Shown piece by piece: positions 1 through 8,068 of a stretch of DNA of 32,747 bases (position 1 is the stretch's first letter; each line of letters starts with the position of its first letter). Source of the stretch: a virus (taxonomy: Duplodnaviria > Heunggongvirae > Uroviricota > Caudoviricetes); IMG/VR virus record IMGVR_UViG_2636415906_000003, positions 1 through 32,747 of that record, one strand, 5' to 3'. The position numbers and the translations under genes were made by a program. The notes beneath the pieces are model-generated. The model worked only from the letters and a program-made list of their open reading frames with translations, searched no databases and was not told the origin of the DNA.

Positions 1-870
1 TTGCTTGACAGCTTCACCGAAAAAATGGCGCGAAATTTTCATTTCGAATATGGAACAGCGCGCGCCTGGGGATCTTTTGGCTATGCTATTGGCGCGTTCT
101 TTGCCGGCATATTTTTTAGTATCAGTCCCCATATCAACTTCTGGTTGGTCTCGCTATTTGGCGCTGTATTTATGATGATCAACATGTGTTTTAAAGATAA
201 GGATCACCAGTGCGTAGCGGCGGATGCGGGAGGGGTAAAAAAAGAGGATTTTATCGCAGTTTTCAAGGATCGAAACTTCTGGGTTTTCGTCATATTTATT
301 GTGGGGACGTGGTCTTTCTATAACATTTTTGATCAACAACTTTTTCCTGTCTTTTATGCAGGTTTATTCGAATCACACGATGTAGGAACGCGCCTGTATG
401 GTTATCTCAACTCATTCCAGGTGGTACTCGAAGCGCTATGCATGGCGATTATTCCTTTCTTTGTGAATCGGGTAGGGCCAAAAAATGCATTACTTATCGG
501 TGTTGTGATTATGGCGTTGCGTATCCTTTCCTGCGCGCTGTTCGTTAACCCCTGGATTATTTCATTAGTGAAGCTGTTACATGCTATTGAGGTTCCACTT
601 TGTGTCATATCCGTCTTCAAATACAGCGTGGCAAATTTTGATAAGCGCCTGTCGTCGACGATCTTTCTGATTGGTTTTCAAATTGCCAGTTCGCTTGGGA
701 TTGTGCTGCTTTCAACGCCGACTGGGATACTCTTTGACCACGCAGGCTACCAGACAGTTTTCTTCGCAATTTCGGGTATTGTCTGCCTGATGTTGCTATT
801 TGGCATTTTCTTCTTGAGTAAAAAACGCGAGCAAATAGTTATGGAAACGCCTGTACCTTCAGCAATATAG
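1..870 (+). CDS. cscB: LacY-family oligosaccharide:H+ symporter (MFS), probably sucrose permease CscB; 5' end cut by window edge (C-terminal 289 aa present)
   Basis: Long hydrophobic ORF running to a stop at 868-870; the translation matches my memory of the CscB/LacY-family C-terminal half. Being 5'-partial, its first codon is not a true start. Confidence 0.6.
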   Translation: MLDSFTEKMARNFHFEYGTARAWGSFGYAIGAFFAGIFFSISPHINFWLVSLFGAVFMMINMCFKDKDHQCVAADAGGVKKEDFIAVFKDRNFWVFVIFIVGTWSFYNIFDQQLFPVFYAGLFESHDVGTRLYGYLNSFQVVLEALCMAIIPFFVNRVGPKNALLIGVVIMALRILSCALFVNPWIISLVKLLHAIEVPLCVISVFKYSVANFDKRLSSTIFLIGFQIASSLGIVLLSTPTGILFDHAGYQTVFFAISGIVCLMLLFGIFFLSKKREQIVMETPVPSAI

Positions 871-891
871 ACGTAAACTTTTTCCGGTTGT

Positions 892-921
892 TGTCGATAG
901 CTCTATATCCCTCAACCGGAA
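892..921 (+). terminator. Inverted repeat downstream of the permease gene (9-bp arms ttccggttg / caaccggaa, 12-nt loop); possible terminator
   Basis: Seen directly about 20 bp after the cscB stop; followed by an A-rich rather than T-rich tract, so a weak call. Confidence 0.25.
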
Positions 922-1311
922 AATAATAATAGTAAAATGCTTAGCCCTGCTAATAATCGCCTAATCCAAACGCCTCATTCATGTTCTGGTACAGTCGCTC
1001 AAATGTACTTCAGATGCGCGGTTCGCTGATTTCCAGGACATTGTCGTCATTCAGTGACCTGTCCCGTGTATCACGGTCCTGCGAATTCATCAAGGAATGC
1101 ATTGCGGAGTGAAGTATCGAGTCACGCCATATTTCGCTATCAGGATTCTGTGTGATGGTTACATCGCCCGGCCCAGGGCTGTTTAGTCATCAGCGCTTTC
1201 TGACAGTGCTGAGATTTCAACCTGTTGCAGTAAAAATGAGTAGATATAAGGCAAGTGTGCTGCCAAACCCATCTTTTACGGGGTGAAGGTAGATTTCGTT
1301 TGAAGGGTATC

Positions 1312-1326
1312 TGGTGTCCCCTGCAG
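1312..1326. repeat. Prophage att core copy (attL-type): 15-bp exact direct repeat of the 3' end of tRNA-Arg argW
   Basis: tggtgtcccctgcag at 1312..1326 is identical to 31665..31679, the 3' terminal 15 nt of the tRNA on the minus strand. Flanking bases differ on both sides, so the repeat is exactly 15 bp. Confidence 0.75.
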
Positions 1327-1399
1327 ACATCTACTTGAAGCGGCAGGGGATTGATTGGAATGGTGTTTTTTAGATGTGAGAAATATTTTACCCGCTATT

Positions 1400-1600
1400 T
1401 TACCCATTGGCGCGGCTTAAGAGCTTATTTTTGAATTCACAATGGTCACGATATAACCATCTTGCTCGCCCGTGGATAACTTTGGCTTTAGGCAGGTCGC
1501 CGGACTTAATCCGGTCATAGATGAAGGTCTTACCGAAGCCAGTATCAGCCATGATGAATTTCAAATCAACCAGTGAATCAGGCTGTAGTTCGTGTTGCAT
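1400..1600 (-). CDS. torI: Prophage excisionase / recombination directionality factor, TorI/AlpA-like
   Basis: 66-aa ORF at the prophage end opposite the integrase. The translation (MQHELQPDSLVDLKFIMADTGFGKTFIYDRIKSGDLPKAKVIHGRARWLYRDHCEFKNKLLSRANG) matches my memory of E. coli TorI, the KplE1 excisionase. Confidence 0.7.
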   Translation of the reverse strand: MQHELQPDSLVDLKFIMADTGFGKTFIYDRIKSGDLPKAKVIHGRARWLYRDHCEFKNKLLSRANG

Positions 1601-1619
1601 GAGTGCTATCTCCGAATAG

Positions 1620-1635
1620 GGAATCGAACCTGCAA
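1620..1635. repeat. Second tRNA-derived segment: 16-bp exact copy of the argW T-arm region (equals 31679..31694)
   Basis: ggaatcgaacctgcaa is identical to the tRNA segment that directly follows the 15-bp core in argW. The flanking sequence does not fold as a tRNA. Confidence 0.6.
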
Positions 1636-1645
1636 ATCAGGCAAT

Positions 1646-1666
1646 AAAAAAACCGCATTGATGCGG
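1646..1666 (-). terminator. Rho-independent terminator on the minus strand, between ORF 1726..2070 and torI
   Basis: Hairpin ccgcattgatgcgg (1653..1666) directly followed on the minus-strand transcript by a run of 7 U (plus-strand A run 1646..1652). Confidence 0.4.
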
Positions 1667-1725
1667 CGATGGTAGGTCTGGATATCTTGATAAATGAAAA
1701 TGCCTCATCGAGTGTGAGGCTGTGG

Positions 1726-2070
1726 TTAGTCCTTGCGTAACTCGCTAATTCTTCTGTAAGTCTCTGGTGCTTTGTTTCCGTGTATCTTCATTTCAGACTT
1801 CAACAGAGCAACGAGGGAATCCCATTCGGTGAGGATGCCTTTGAATGCCGGAACGCGCTTTGCAACCTTGTCGAATGAATCTCTGATTTCTGGAATCTGC
1901 TCAACAAGTGCAACGCATCGTCTGAAATCGGCTGCGTCATGTGGAGCACCGAAGCTATGACCATAGATATTCTTTTTCAGTCCACATGCGATTGAGGCAA
2001 GAGTTGCGCTACTGATGCCAACATCGCCAGTAGATTGCCATTTCAAAACCTTCATAGCCAAATCTGACAT
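1726..2070 (-). CDS. Hypothetical prophage protein (114 aa)
   Basis: ORF with an upstream GGAGA Shine-Dalgarno (tggagacaagaaATG); no recognisable motif. Confidence 0.55.
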   Translation of the reverse strand: MSDLAMKVLKWQSTGDVGISSATLASIACGLKKNIYGHSFGAPHDAADFRRCVALVEQIPEIRDSFDKVAKRVPAFKGILTEWDSLVALLKSEMKIHGNKAPETYRRISELRKD

Positions 2071-2418
2071 TTCTTGTCTCCATAAAACAAAACTCGCCGT
2101 AGCGAGTTCAGATAAAAGAAAACCCGCACTCGGCGGGTTCGCATTCGTTCAAATTGCGTTTACTTCTTGGCGTTCTGTTCATCCATATCGATATACCATG
2201 GGTTGCTTCCCTTGGGCATGTTTAACGACTGCTCGCGATAGTATCTGATGCGCTCCATGAAATACTCGCGTGAGTGCTCAGGTTGCTCTCATGATACCTG
2301 CTCAGTGATAACAGGTATGTTAAGGCGCTCTCTGTACTCCATGCCTGATGCTGCAAGATCAACGTTTACCTTGTTCTGTTTTTCTTTCGATTTCTCGGCG
2401 ATATTATGCCTGACATTG

Positions 2419-2661
2419 TCAACCCGCCTCCTTCTGAACATAACGGTTATAAATCAGTCCCTGAGGGCCATAAGGAAGCGGGATGTGCAACTCCTCTGGT
2501 TCAGAAACTATCCATTCCCCGGCCATCTCCGCTGGAGAGGTAATGATAAGTTGTTTGCTAATAAAATGACCACTCCTCTCAACAACAAGCTTACCATCTT
2601 CATTAATAAAAGCGTGGATGTCAGGTGTGCTTCCACACTTGGTGATGCAGCGTTTGAACAT
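2419..2661 (-). CDS. Hypothetical prophage protein (about 80 aa; start taken at the internal ATG with SD)
   Basis: ORF 2419..2703; the ATG at 2661 is preceded by a GGGGAGA ribosome-binding site, the upstream ATG is not. Confidence 0.45.
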   Translation of the reverse strand: MFKRCITKCGSTPDIHAFINEDGKLVVERSGHFISKQLIITSPAEMAGEWIVSEPEELHIPLPYGPQGLIYNRYVQKEAG

Positions 2662-2787
2662 TTTGTGTCTCCCCATTTTATGGACGGGGTAATTATAACA
2701 CATTGAAATATAGTAATATTTGACGTAGATTTCTTTTGATCTATAAGCGATTTTTTAATGCTTTTAAGTTATAAATACTTGTTTTCA

Positions 2788-3459
2788 TCACCCATCTTGC
2801 TGCGGTGCTACTATTGAAAAGTGCTCACACCCTTTAGCCCAAATAGTTTTGATAGTTGTCCAACTGACTGGAACCTTGATTTCGATTCTCCCGCTACAGT
2901 CACAAGTTTCGCAATCATCATCACCAAAGCATTCCGGGCAGCTTATAAACGTAGTTTCTGAAAATTCACCGAATAGCACACCCTTAGCGCCGTTCTCGGC
3001 TGTTAGTCTCTTCGGCACCATGACCCAACCATCCGGAATTACCGGAGAGTTGCCGGGTTCTTTAATGTGCAAGCGAGGCTCACCATCTTTTGGCTCAGGC
3101 CACTGGCGCTCCATGTTGATCTTCAATTTATCTTCCATAGCAGCGGTAATTTCAGCATCGCTGATGCCAGCACGGCGCTGTGAATCCCACAACAGAAACT
3201 GCATATCAGCCCACTCGCTAAGATCGTCTGGTTCGGCTGCGGCTTCCAGTGCCTCTTTTGAGAGGTGTTTCAGTGGACCAATGGGGCCAACGCAGCCAAA
3301 TGTGGAGTCAGACCATTTGGCATGCTCGTGGCGAATCTGTTCGCGTTCCAGTGATGCCAGTGCAATCCGTGCCAGTTCCATTTGTTCGCCACGGGTAAGT
3401 CCGTTTTCAAGCGGATTTTTAATGAACAATTCAATACGTTCTTTGGTAATAGTGGTCAT
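2788..3459 (-). CDS. Conserved prophage protein, possibly DUF550/DUF551-type (sometimes annotated dATP/dGTP pyrophosphohydrolase); Cys-rich C-terminus
   Basis: 223-aa ORF with AAGGAG SD. The N-terminal MTTITKERIELFIKNP... resembles a domain I recall from E. coli prophage early regions; C-terminal CPECFGDDDCETCDC cysteine cluster. Confidence 0.55.
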   Translation of the reverse strand: MTTITKERIELFIKNPLENGLTRGEQMELARIALASLEREQIRHEHAKWSDSTFGCVGPIGPLKHLSKEALEAAAEPDDLSEWADMQFLLWDSQRRAGISDAEITAAMEDKLKINMERQWPEPKDGEPRLHIKEPGNSPVIPDGWVMVPKRLTAENGAKGVLFGEFSETTFISCPECFGDDDCETCDCSGRIEIKVPVSWTTIKTIWAKGCEHFSIVAPQQDG

Positions 3460-3514
3460 GTGTTACTCCTTAACCCGCAGTGCTTTCACTGCCTCCTCAC
3501 GCAGTGCCTGATAG

Positions 3515-3832
3515 TCAATCTCGCTCACTGGCTGCCTCCTTTGCTGGGCTTTCTAACTTCTGAGTGGTTGTATCAAACTCAAACAACTTAACCACGTCAT
3601 CAAACAGGACATAATCGCCATCAGAATCTTCAGTCATGTCAGCGCCACAATCCTGACCGAACGAGTCACAACCATCCATATCAAGCTCGTATCGCTTGAG
3701 TTTTGCGATATTTGATAAATTCAGCGCCAGTACAGCAAGGTCATAAACCTCGTCAGCGGTATACCCGGCACCATGCCCATACATTTCAATGCGGGATATG
3801 ATTTCTTCTACACGTTGTTTTGTGATCGTCAT
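3515..3832 (-). CDS. Hypothetical acidic prophage protein (105 aa)
   Basis: ORF whose start overlaps the upstream gene stop (ATGA coupling at 3829..3832). Confidence 0.5.
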   Translation of the reverse strand: MTITKQRVEEIISRIEMYGHGAGYTADEVYDLAVLALNLSNIAKLKRYELDMDGCDSFGQDCGADMTEDSDGDYVLFDDVVKLFEFDTTTQKLESPAKEAASERD

Positions 3833-4290
3833 TTTTGCTCACCTTCCTGTTCTTCCAGAAAAATACGCATAGCCTCAAGCATCTCTTCGGTGTCATACGG
3901 AGACAGATTGTCACGCAGGATGTGTTCAATGCTGTTAATGAACTTGCGGATTGCTTTGCGTTCAATTTCAGCCAGGAAAGCATCGGTGGCTGGGGTGTCT
4001 GATTGCAGAGACTTTGCGCGATAGTCATTCCACCCTCTTGCATACATGGGATTAACTTGCACTCCATCTTTTACGCAATATGCCTGCCCTCCACGGTTGA
4101 TAACCTTGATTTCGCCCATAGCGCCAGACTTCAGCCCCGCATTCTCCGCTGCCAGCGCCGCGCACTTGGCCTCCGCTTCAGCAAATTTACGCACCAGATA
4201 TTCAGCGTTTGTTTCGTTAACCTTTAAATCACTTGGGATGCATTTACCTTTCAGAAATCCATCCATCTCAATTAGTGACATTTGTTTCAT
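3829..4290 (-). CDS. Hypothetical prophage early protein with predicted coiled-coil (153 aa; ead/Ea22-like by position)
   Basis: ORF coupled by ATGA overlap to the neighbours on both sides; Ala/Glu-rich heptad-like segment [18 protein letters not shown]. Confidence 0.5.
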   Translation of the reverse strand: MKQMSLIEMDGFLKGKCIPSDLKVNETNAEYLVRKFAEAEAKCAALAAENAGLKSGAMGEIKVINRGGQAYCVKDGVQVNPMYARGWNDYRAKSLQSDTPATDAFLAEIERKAIRKFINSIEHILRDNLSPYDTEEMLEAMRIFLEEQEGEQK

Positions 4291-4469
4291 TTCTTCCCAC
4301 TCCGCAACATCGCATTCAGATATTTGTTTTGATTCACTGATGGAAAAGAATTTCTCTTAAGCAATTCCTCTCTCGATGGCATTGGCTTTACGCGTTGGCG
4401 AATAATCATTTCTGCCGGAAGAATGCCGGGATTGTATGCAAGTCCTCTCATGGTAAATTCCTCAGTCAT
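4287..4469 (-). CDS. Small hypothetical protein (about 60 aa)
   Basis: Short ORF filling the gap between 4462..4758 and 3829..4290, with its stop overlapping the downstream start; below the size where coding is certain. Confidence 0.3.
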   Translation of the reverse strand: MTEEFTMRGLAYNPGILPAEMIIRQRVKPMPSREELLKRNSFPSVNQNKYLNAMLRSGKK

Positions 4470-4758
4470 TACTGATAGCGCCATAGCGTGAGCGGTAATT
4501 ACGCAGGCGCGGGTCGATATATTCAGGGAAGTGGGTATATGTGGCTTTGCGGAATGGTCGGATTGATGTCTGGTAAATTCGCTCGCGTTCTTCTTTCTCT
4601 GCAAGCCATATACAATGGCGAAATTCCTTTTCCTCTTTCGTTTCCTGCGGTAGCGACATTATCCGATCGTAGTTTTTTCTGAATTTATCCAGCACCTCCG
4701 ATACGGAATTGCCGGAACAGCGGCGCGCGTCGTCCGCACCATACAGAGGCGCTGGCAT
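4462..4758 (-). CDS. Hypothetical prophage protein (98 aa)
   Basis: ORF preceded by an AGGAGA SD (tttaatcaggagaaaatATG). Confidence 0.5.
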   Translation of the reverse strand: MPAPLYGADDARRCSGNSVSEVLDKFRKNYDRIMSLPQETKEEKEFRHCIWLAEKEERERIYQTSIRPFRKATYTHFPEYIDPRLRNYRSRYGAISND

Positions 4759-4771
4759 GATTTTCTCCTGA

Positions 4772-5251
4772 TTAAATTGCGTGAATAGCGTGACGAGGGA
4801 AGGGGAGAGTTACTGGTTCCTCGTCTGGGTAGATAGGTTTGTTATGTTTGTGCCACTCGACATGACATGACTTGCAGAGCCACATCACATCGGTTGGTTT
4901 GCTGTAGTCGCAGTGGTGCGCCTGTGGTTTACATTCTGATCCGCAGCACTCACATTGTGGTGGTCGGATTAGCTTACCGTCGCGCAAAAAATTACCCACA
5001 ATGATGTGGGCTTTTCTTTTCCATGGGTTGCTCTGAATGAACCGCTTTTTGGCTGCGTTACACCGTTCTCTTCCGCGTTCCGATGATTGATATTCTCTCC
5101 TTGCTGATACTCGATGTGGCAATCCAGCGCGTTCTTTGTCGTATTCAGCCAGGCAAGCCCGGCAAGCGGCAGTTAATCCATCTCTGGATGCTCTTCTGAT
5201 TTGAAAGTCCCTTTCTTCCTTCTGTTGATGGCATCTTGAGCAGATTTTCAT
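4772..5251 (-). CDS. HNH-family endonuclease-like protein (Cys-rich zinc-binding)
   Basis: 159-aa ORF with AGGAG SD; paired CxxC motifs and a C-terminal HNH-type signature (AHHCDYSKPTDVMWLCKSCHVEWHK). Confidence 0.6.
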   Translation of the reverse strand: MKICSRCHQQKEERDFQIRRASRDGLTAACRACLAEYDKERAGLPHRVSARREYQSSERGRERCNAAKKRFIQSNPWKRKAHIIVGNFLRDGKLIRPPQCECCGSECKPQAHHCDYSKPTDVMWLCKSCHVEWHKHNKPIYPDEEPVTLPFPRHAIHAI

Positions 5252-5260
5252 ATTCAGCTC

Positions 5261-5734
5261 CTAGAACGGAATATCCGAATCGTCGAAGTTCATAGGTGGT
5301 TCGCTGTGATTCCCTTGCTGCTGAGGTTGCTGTCTTTGTTGCTGACCGTTATTTCGCTGAGGTGAAGACTGTTCATTGCCTCCTTGCTTGCCACCAATCA
5401 TTTGCATAGTTCCACCAACGCCCACGATGACTTCAGTAGTGAACCGATCCTGTCCGCTTTGATCCTGCCATTTTCTTGTCCGCAATTTGCCTTCAAGATA
5501 AACCTCAGAGCCTTTTCGCAGATATTCGCTGGCAATTTCTGCCAGTTTCCCGCTCATTACCACGCGGTGCCACTCCGTCTGCTCCTTTTGCTCTCCAGTT
5601 TGCTTATCACGCCATTGTTCTGACGTAGCAACTGTAAGGTTTGCAAATGCCGTTCCTGATGGTGAATATCTGATTTCTGGATCATGCCCAAGGCGACCAA
5701 TAATGATCACCTTATTTACGCCTCTGCTTGCCAT
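5261..5734 (-). CDS. ssb: Single-stranded DNA-binding protein (SSB)
   Basis: 157-aa ORF with an SSB-type OB-fold N-terminus ([23 protein letters not shown]...), Gly/Gln-rich linker and the acidic C-terminal tail DDSDIPF. Confidence 0.9.
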   Translation of the reverse strand: MASRGVNKVIIIGRLGHDPEIRYSPSGTAFANLTVATSEQWRDKQTGEQKEQTEWHRVVMSGKLAEIASEYLRKGSEVYLEGKLRTRKWQDQSGQDRFTTEVIVGVGGTMQMIGGKQGGNEQSSPQRNNGQQQRQQPQQQGNHSEPPMNFDDSDIPF

Positions 5735-6442
5735 TTATGCCGCCTGTTTTAGCTCGTTAACTCTGATGTTCATTACCTGAACGCATTTAGCCTGCGCCTC
5801 CTCGTTTCCAGCCATTAATTGCCAGTCACGCTGATAACGCTCGATGAGTTTTTTCTTATCAGTTTCTTTCGATGCATAATCGCTGAAGTCTTTCAGGATT
5901 TGTTCGCAGTCAACCGATGGAGATTTCTGGTTGGTATTTTCTGGTGATGGTTTGTTATCTGATGCTGGGATTGCCCAGCCGGGCAGCGTTGGAGGGAGCC
6001 AGTAAAACCCTGTTCCATCCTTCAGTTTTGCCCTGTGCCACCCCTGCTTTTTATCGAGAGATGTTTGTGCGAAACCTTCCTCAAGGTTATACAGATACCG
6101 ACCGATTCCCCATTGAACGGCAGCGCGCTTCATTGCACCGGAACGACCACCTTTGACGGCTTCTACTTGCGTGTTTTCAGCAGCATCCCATTTGGTTACC
6201 CATTCGGAATCAATCTTGATTGATATGCCGCATTCAACTCCGCCGTTGTTGGGAATATCGCGGTATTCATTGCGCCATCCTGCTTTGCCGCAAACATCGT
6301 CCAGGCGTTTCATGATTGCCCGGTTCGTGACATAAGCCAGCACCATAGCCCACACCTTTCCATCGCGTGTTTTACCGCTTTGCTGTATTCGCCATTCGAT
6401 ATCTTCAGGGCTGAATGGCTCATCGAATTTATTCAAATCCAT
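5735..6442 (-). CDS. Single-strand annealing recombinase, Rad52/Sak-like (occupies the bet/erf position)
   Basis: 235-aa ORF directly upstream of ssb in the leftward early operon; the GAMKRAAVQWGIGRYLY segment resembles the Rad52-family motif. Family assignment is from memory and position. Confidence 0.55.
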   Translation of the reverse strand: MDLNKFDEPFSPEDIEWRIQQSGKTRDGKVWAMVLAYVTNRAIMKRLDDVCGKAGWRNEYRDIPNNGGVECGISIKIDSEWVTKWDAAENTQVEAVKGGRSGAMKRAAVQWGIGRYLYNLEEGFAQTSLDKKQGWHRAKLKDGTGFYWLPPTLPGWAIPASDNKPSPENTNQKSPSVDCEQILKDFSDYASKETDKKKLIERYQRDWQLMAGNEEAQAKCVQVMNIRVNELKQAA

Positions 6443-6450
6443 AATTCACC

Positions 6451-6621
6451 TCAGAATGGACATGGCACAAGGAAATAACGCTGATTTAATACTTCGACTC
6501 TGGACAAATTAAGGCATACCCGCATTCCTTCGCGGTCACCATTATGGCGATACCAGAGAGCTTTCTGCGTGTACATGCGTCTCTGTAACTTGCTCTCCTT
6601 CACTGTGGTTGCAAGTGACAT
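6451..6621 (-). CDS. Small hypothetical protein (56 aa)
   Basis: ORF with a strong SD (gaaggagatattcATG); overlaps 6542..6700 in another frame, so only one of the two may be real. Confidence 0.3.
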   Translation of the reverse strand: MSLATTVKESKLQRRMYTQKALWYRHNGDREGMRVCLNLSRVEVLNQRYFLVPCPF

Positions 6622-6700
6622 GAATATCTCCTTCGTTACCGATTAATTCTTTCATCTGACGAATGAATTCTTCGTCTGACCAGTTATCTGTAAAACTCAT
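6542..6700 (-). CDS. Small hypothetical protein (52 aa), coupled to kil
   Basis: Its ATG overlaps the kil stop (ATGA) and is preceded by AGGA; overlaps 6451..6621 out of frame. Confidence 0.3.
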   Translation of the reverse strand: MSFTDNWSDEEFIRQMKELIGNEGDIHVTCNHSEGEQVTETHVHAESSLVSP

Positions 6701-6849
6701 TTCCTGCGATACCACGGAAGGTTGATAGCTGATTTCATCGCTTTATTTGCTTCAAGCCACATTTTGGAATCACCAATAAATCTGGCTATTACTGCTTTGT
6801 TTTGTGCTGCACGAAGCATCTGGTGATTGATGGCTATTTCATTGCGCAT
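6697..6849 (-). CDS. kil: Kil-like host-killing protein (FtsZ inhibitor family)
   Basis: 50-aa ORF in which ARFIGDSKMWLEA aligns with lambda Kil ATFIGDEKMFREA; located directly downstream of cIII as in lambda. Confidence 0.6.
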   Translation of the reverse strand: MRNEIAINHQMLRAAQNKAVIARFIGDSKMWLEANKAMKSAINLPWYRRK

Positions 6850-6968
6850 AACGCCTCCAGTTGTTTCTTTGCTGCTCTGATTAATTGTTTAACTCGGCGT
6901 GATAATTCAGATTCGTGCGGGTAGAAAGCGGACATGACGCCGCTACCCGCGAGCTGAAAGTGCATCAT
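6834..6968 (-). CDS. cIII: CIII-like protein (FtsH/HflB inhibitor, lysogeny promoting)
   Basis: 44-aa ORF with AAGGAG SD; MMHFQLAGSGVMSAFYPHESELSRRVKQLIRAA aligns with lambda CIII MQYAIAGWPVAGCPSESLLERITRKLRDGWKRLIDIL. Confidence 0.65.
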   Translation of the reverse strand: MMHFQLAGSGVMSAFYPHESELSRRVKQLIRAAKKQLEALCAMK

Positions 6969-7034
6969 GGGTAACTCCTTATATTTGATTGCATAACGAA
7001 AACGCCTCGAGTGAAGCGTTATTGGTATGCATAT

Positions 7035-7058
7035 AAAAAAGCCCTCACACTGGAGGGC
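7035..7058 (-). terminator. Rho-independent terminator on the minus strand between N and cIII (tL1-like)
   Basis: Perfect 6-bp stem gccctc/gagggc with 6-nt loop (7041..7058), followed on the minus-strand transcript by six U (plus-strand A run 7035..7040). Confidence 0.55.
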
Positions 7059-7275
7059 AAAGAAGATTTCCAATAATCAGAACAAGTCGGCTCCTGTTTA
7101 GTTACGAGCGACATTGCTCCGTGTATTCACTCGTTGGAATGAATACACAGTGCAGTGTTTATTCTGTTGTTTATGCCAAAAATAAAGGCCACCATCAGGC
7201 AGCCTTGTAGTTCTGTTTACCAAGTTCTCTGGCAATCATTGTCGTCGTTCGTATTGTCCACACCATTGATTCTTA

Positions 7276-7362
7276 TCAATAGTCGTAGTCATAAGGATAG
7301 TCCTGGTATTGTTCCATCACATCCTGAGGATGCTCTTCGAACTCTTCAAATTCTTCTTCCAT
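7276..7362 (-). CDS. Very small acidic ORF (28 aa, MEEEFEEFEEHPQDVMEQYQDYPYDYDY)
   Basis: Preceded by a GAGGTG SD and lying 9 bp downstream of the N stop; too short to be sure it is coding. Confidence 0.25.
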   Translation of the reverse strand: MEEEFEEFEEHPQDVMEQYQDYPYDYDY

Positions 7363-7370
7363 ATATCACC

Positions 7371-7670
7371 TCAAATAAGTGGTTTGCTGCCTAATTTCAT
7401 TTTCTGGCGACCAACACAAGTCACACCCATTTCACTGCGTGGCTTGCGGTAGTAAATACGGTTCTGTTTACGCTCGACTTCTTCTGCCTTCTTGCAGCGA
7501 AGGCTGCCAAGTGATGCTGCTTTGTCTGCTCTGACGCAACCAGAGAGCTTTAGCGCAATCTTCCGCGCCAGTCGCTGTTCTTTCATTGCCTGTTCACGTT
7601 GAGCCTGTCTGCGTGCTCTGCGGCGATTTCTGGCGTTATCGTCAGCCAGATATGTAATGACTACTGTCAT
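7371..7670 (-). CDS. N: Antitermination protein N
   Basis: Arginine-rich motif near the N-terminus (NARNRRRARRQAQREQ) and a C-terminus (YYRKPRSEMGVTCVGRQKMKLGSKPLI) that aligns with lambda N (WYSKPGERGITCSGRQKIKGKSIPLI). Start taken at the ATG with a GGAGG SD. Confidence 0.8.
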   Translation of the reverse strand: MTVVITYLADDNARNRRRARRQAQREQAMKEQRLARKIALKLSGCVRADKAASLGSLRCKKAEEVERKQNRIYYRKPRSEMGVTCVGRQKMKLGSKPLI

Positions 7671-7683
7671 GTTGACCTCCGAT

Positions 7684-7744
7684 GAAACAACTTTGGAATT
7701 GATAGTGATTGCAAAGTTGTTTCTGGCCCCTCGAATTGAGGGGC
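7684..7744 (-). promoter_or_regulatory. Two tandem stem-loops in the N leader next to the N ribosome-binding site
   Basis: 12-bp inverted repeat gaaacaactttg / caaagttgtttc (7684..7695 and 7712..7723) ending 3 nt from the N SD, plus hairpin gcccctcgaattgaggggc (7726..7744). Confidence 0.4.
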
Positions 7745-8068
7745 AGAAAGAGCATCTCGCCACCTAATAGGTCGATGCTCGGATCGAGAGATTTAATTAA
7801 CCTCGGTTTTGAAGTTATGCATTCACATAAATCCTCCTGTTGCATGTGCAGCATTGGCTGTGTTTGGCGGCTGCATTTCGCCCATGGAATTGACTTTGGC
7901 GATTGGATGGCCGGTGCTGAACTCCGGCTTACTGGTTAGAGCGCCCGCACTACCAGTGACGCTGTCTTGAGGCGCAGATTGGTTACTGCTTGCCATGAGC
8001 GCTGTTTATACATTGGTCGAGCATCAGCCTGCTCATTCATCCAATCCCAAAGCCAACTACTCTTTGGT

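Noticed and set aside
1611-1690. Possible second tRNA gene or tRNA pseudogene upstream of torI
   Set aside because: Only a 16-bp block (1620..1635) matches the argW T-arm region; the flanking sequence cannot form a T-stem or acceptor stem, so it is kept as a tRNA-derived repeat, not a tRNA.
7155-7394. Plus-strand 79-codon ORF between cIII and N
   Set aside because: Opposite to the transcription direction of the early-left operon, crosses the tL1-like terminator, and has no ribosome-binding site.
7642-7939. ORFs 7709..7939 (+) and 7642..7854 (-) in the N leader
   Set aside because: They overlap the N start and leader hairpins, have no Shine-Dalgarno sequence, and have odd composition; most likely chance frames in a structured leader.
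7821-7997. Minus-strand 57-codon ORF (MASSNQSAPQ...) and plus-strand 53-codon ORF between nutL and N
   Set aside because: Neither has a ribosome-binding site or a recognisable motif; not enough evidence to call a gene in the pL leader.
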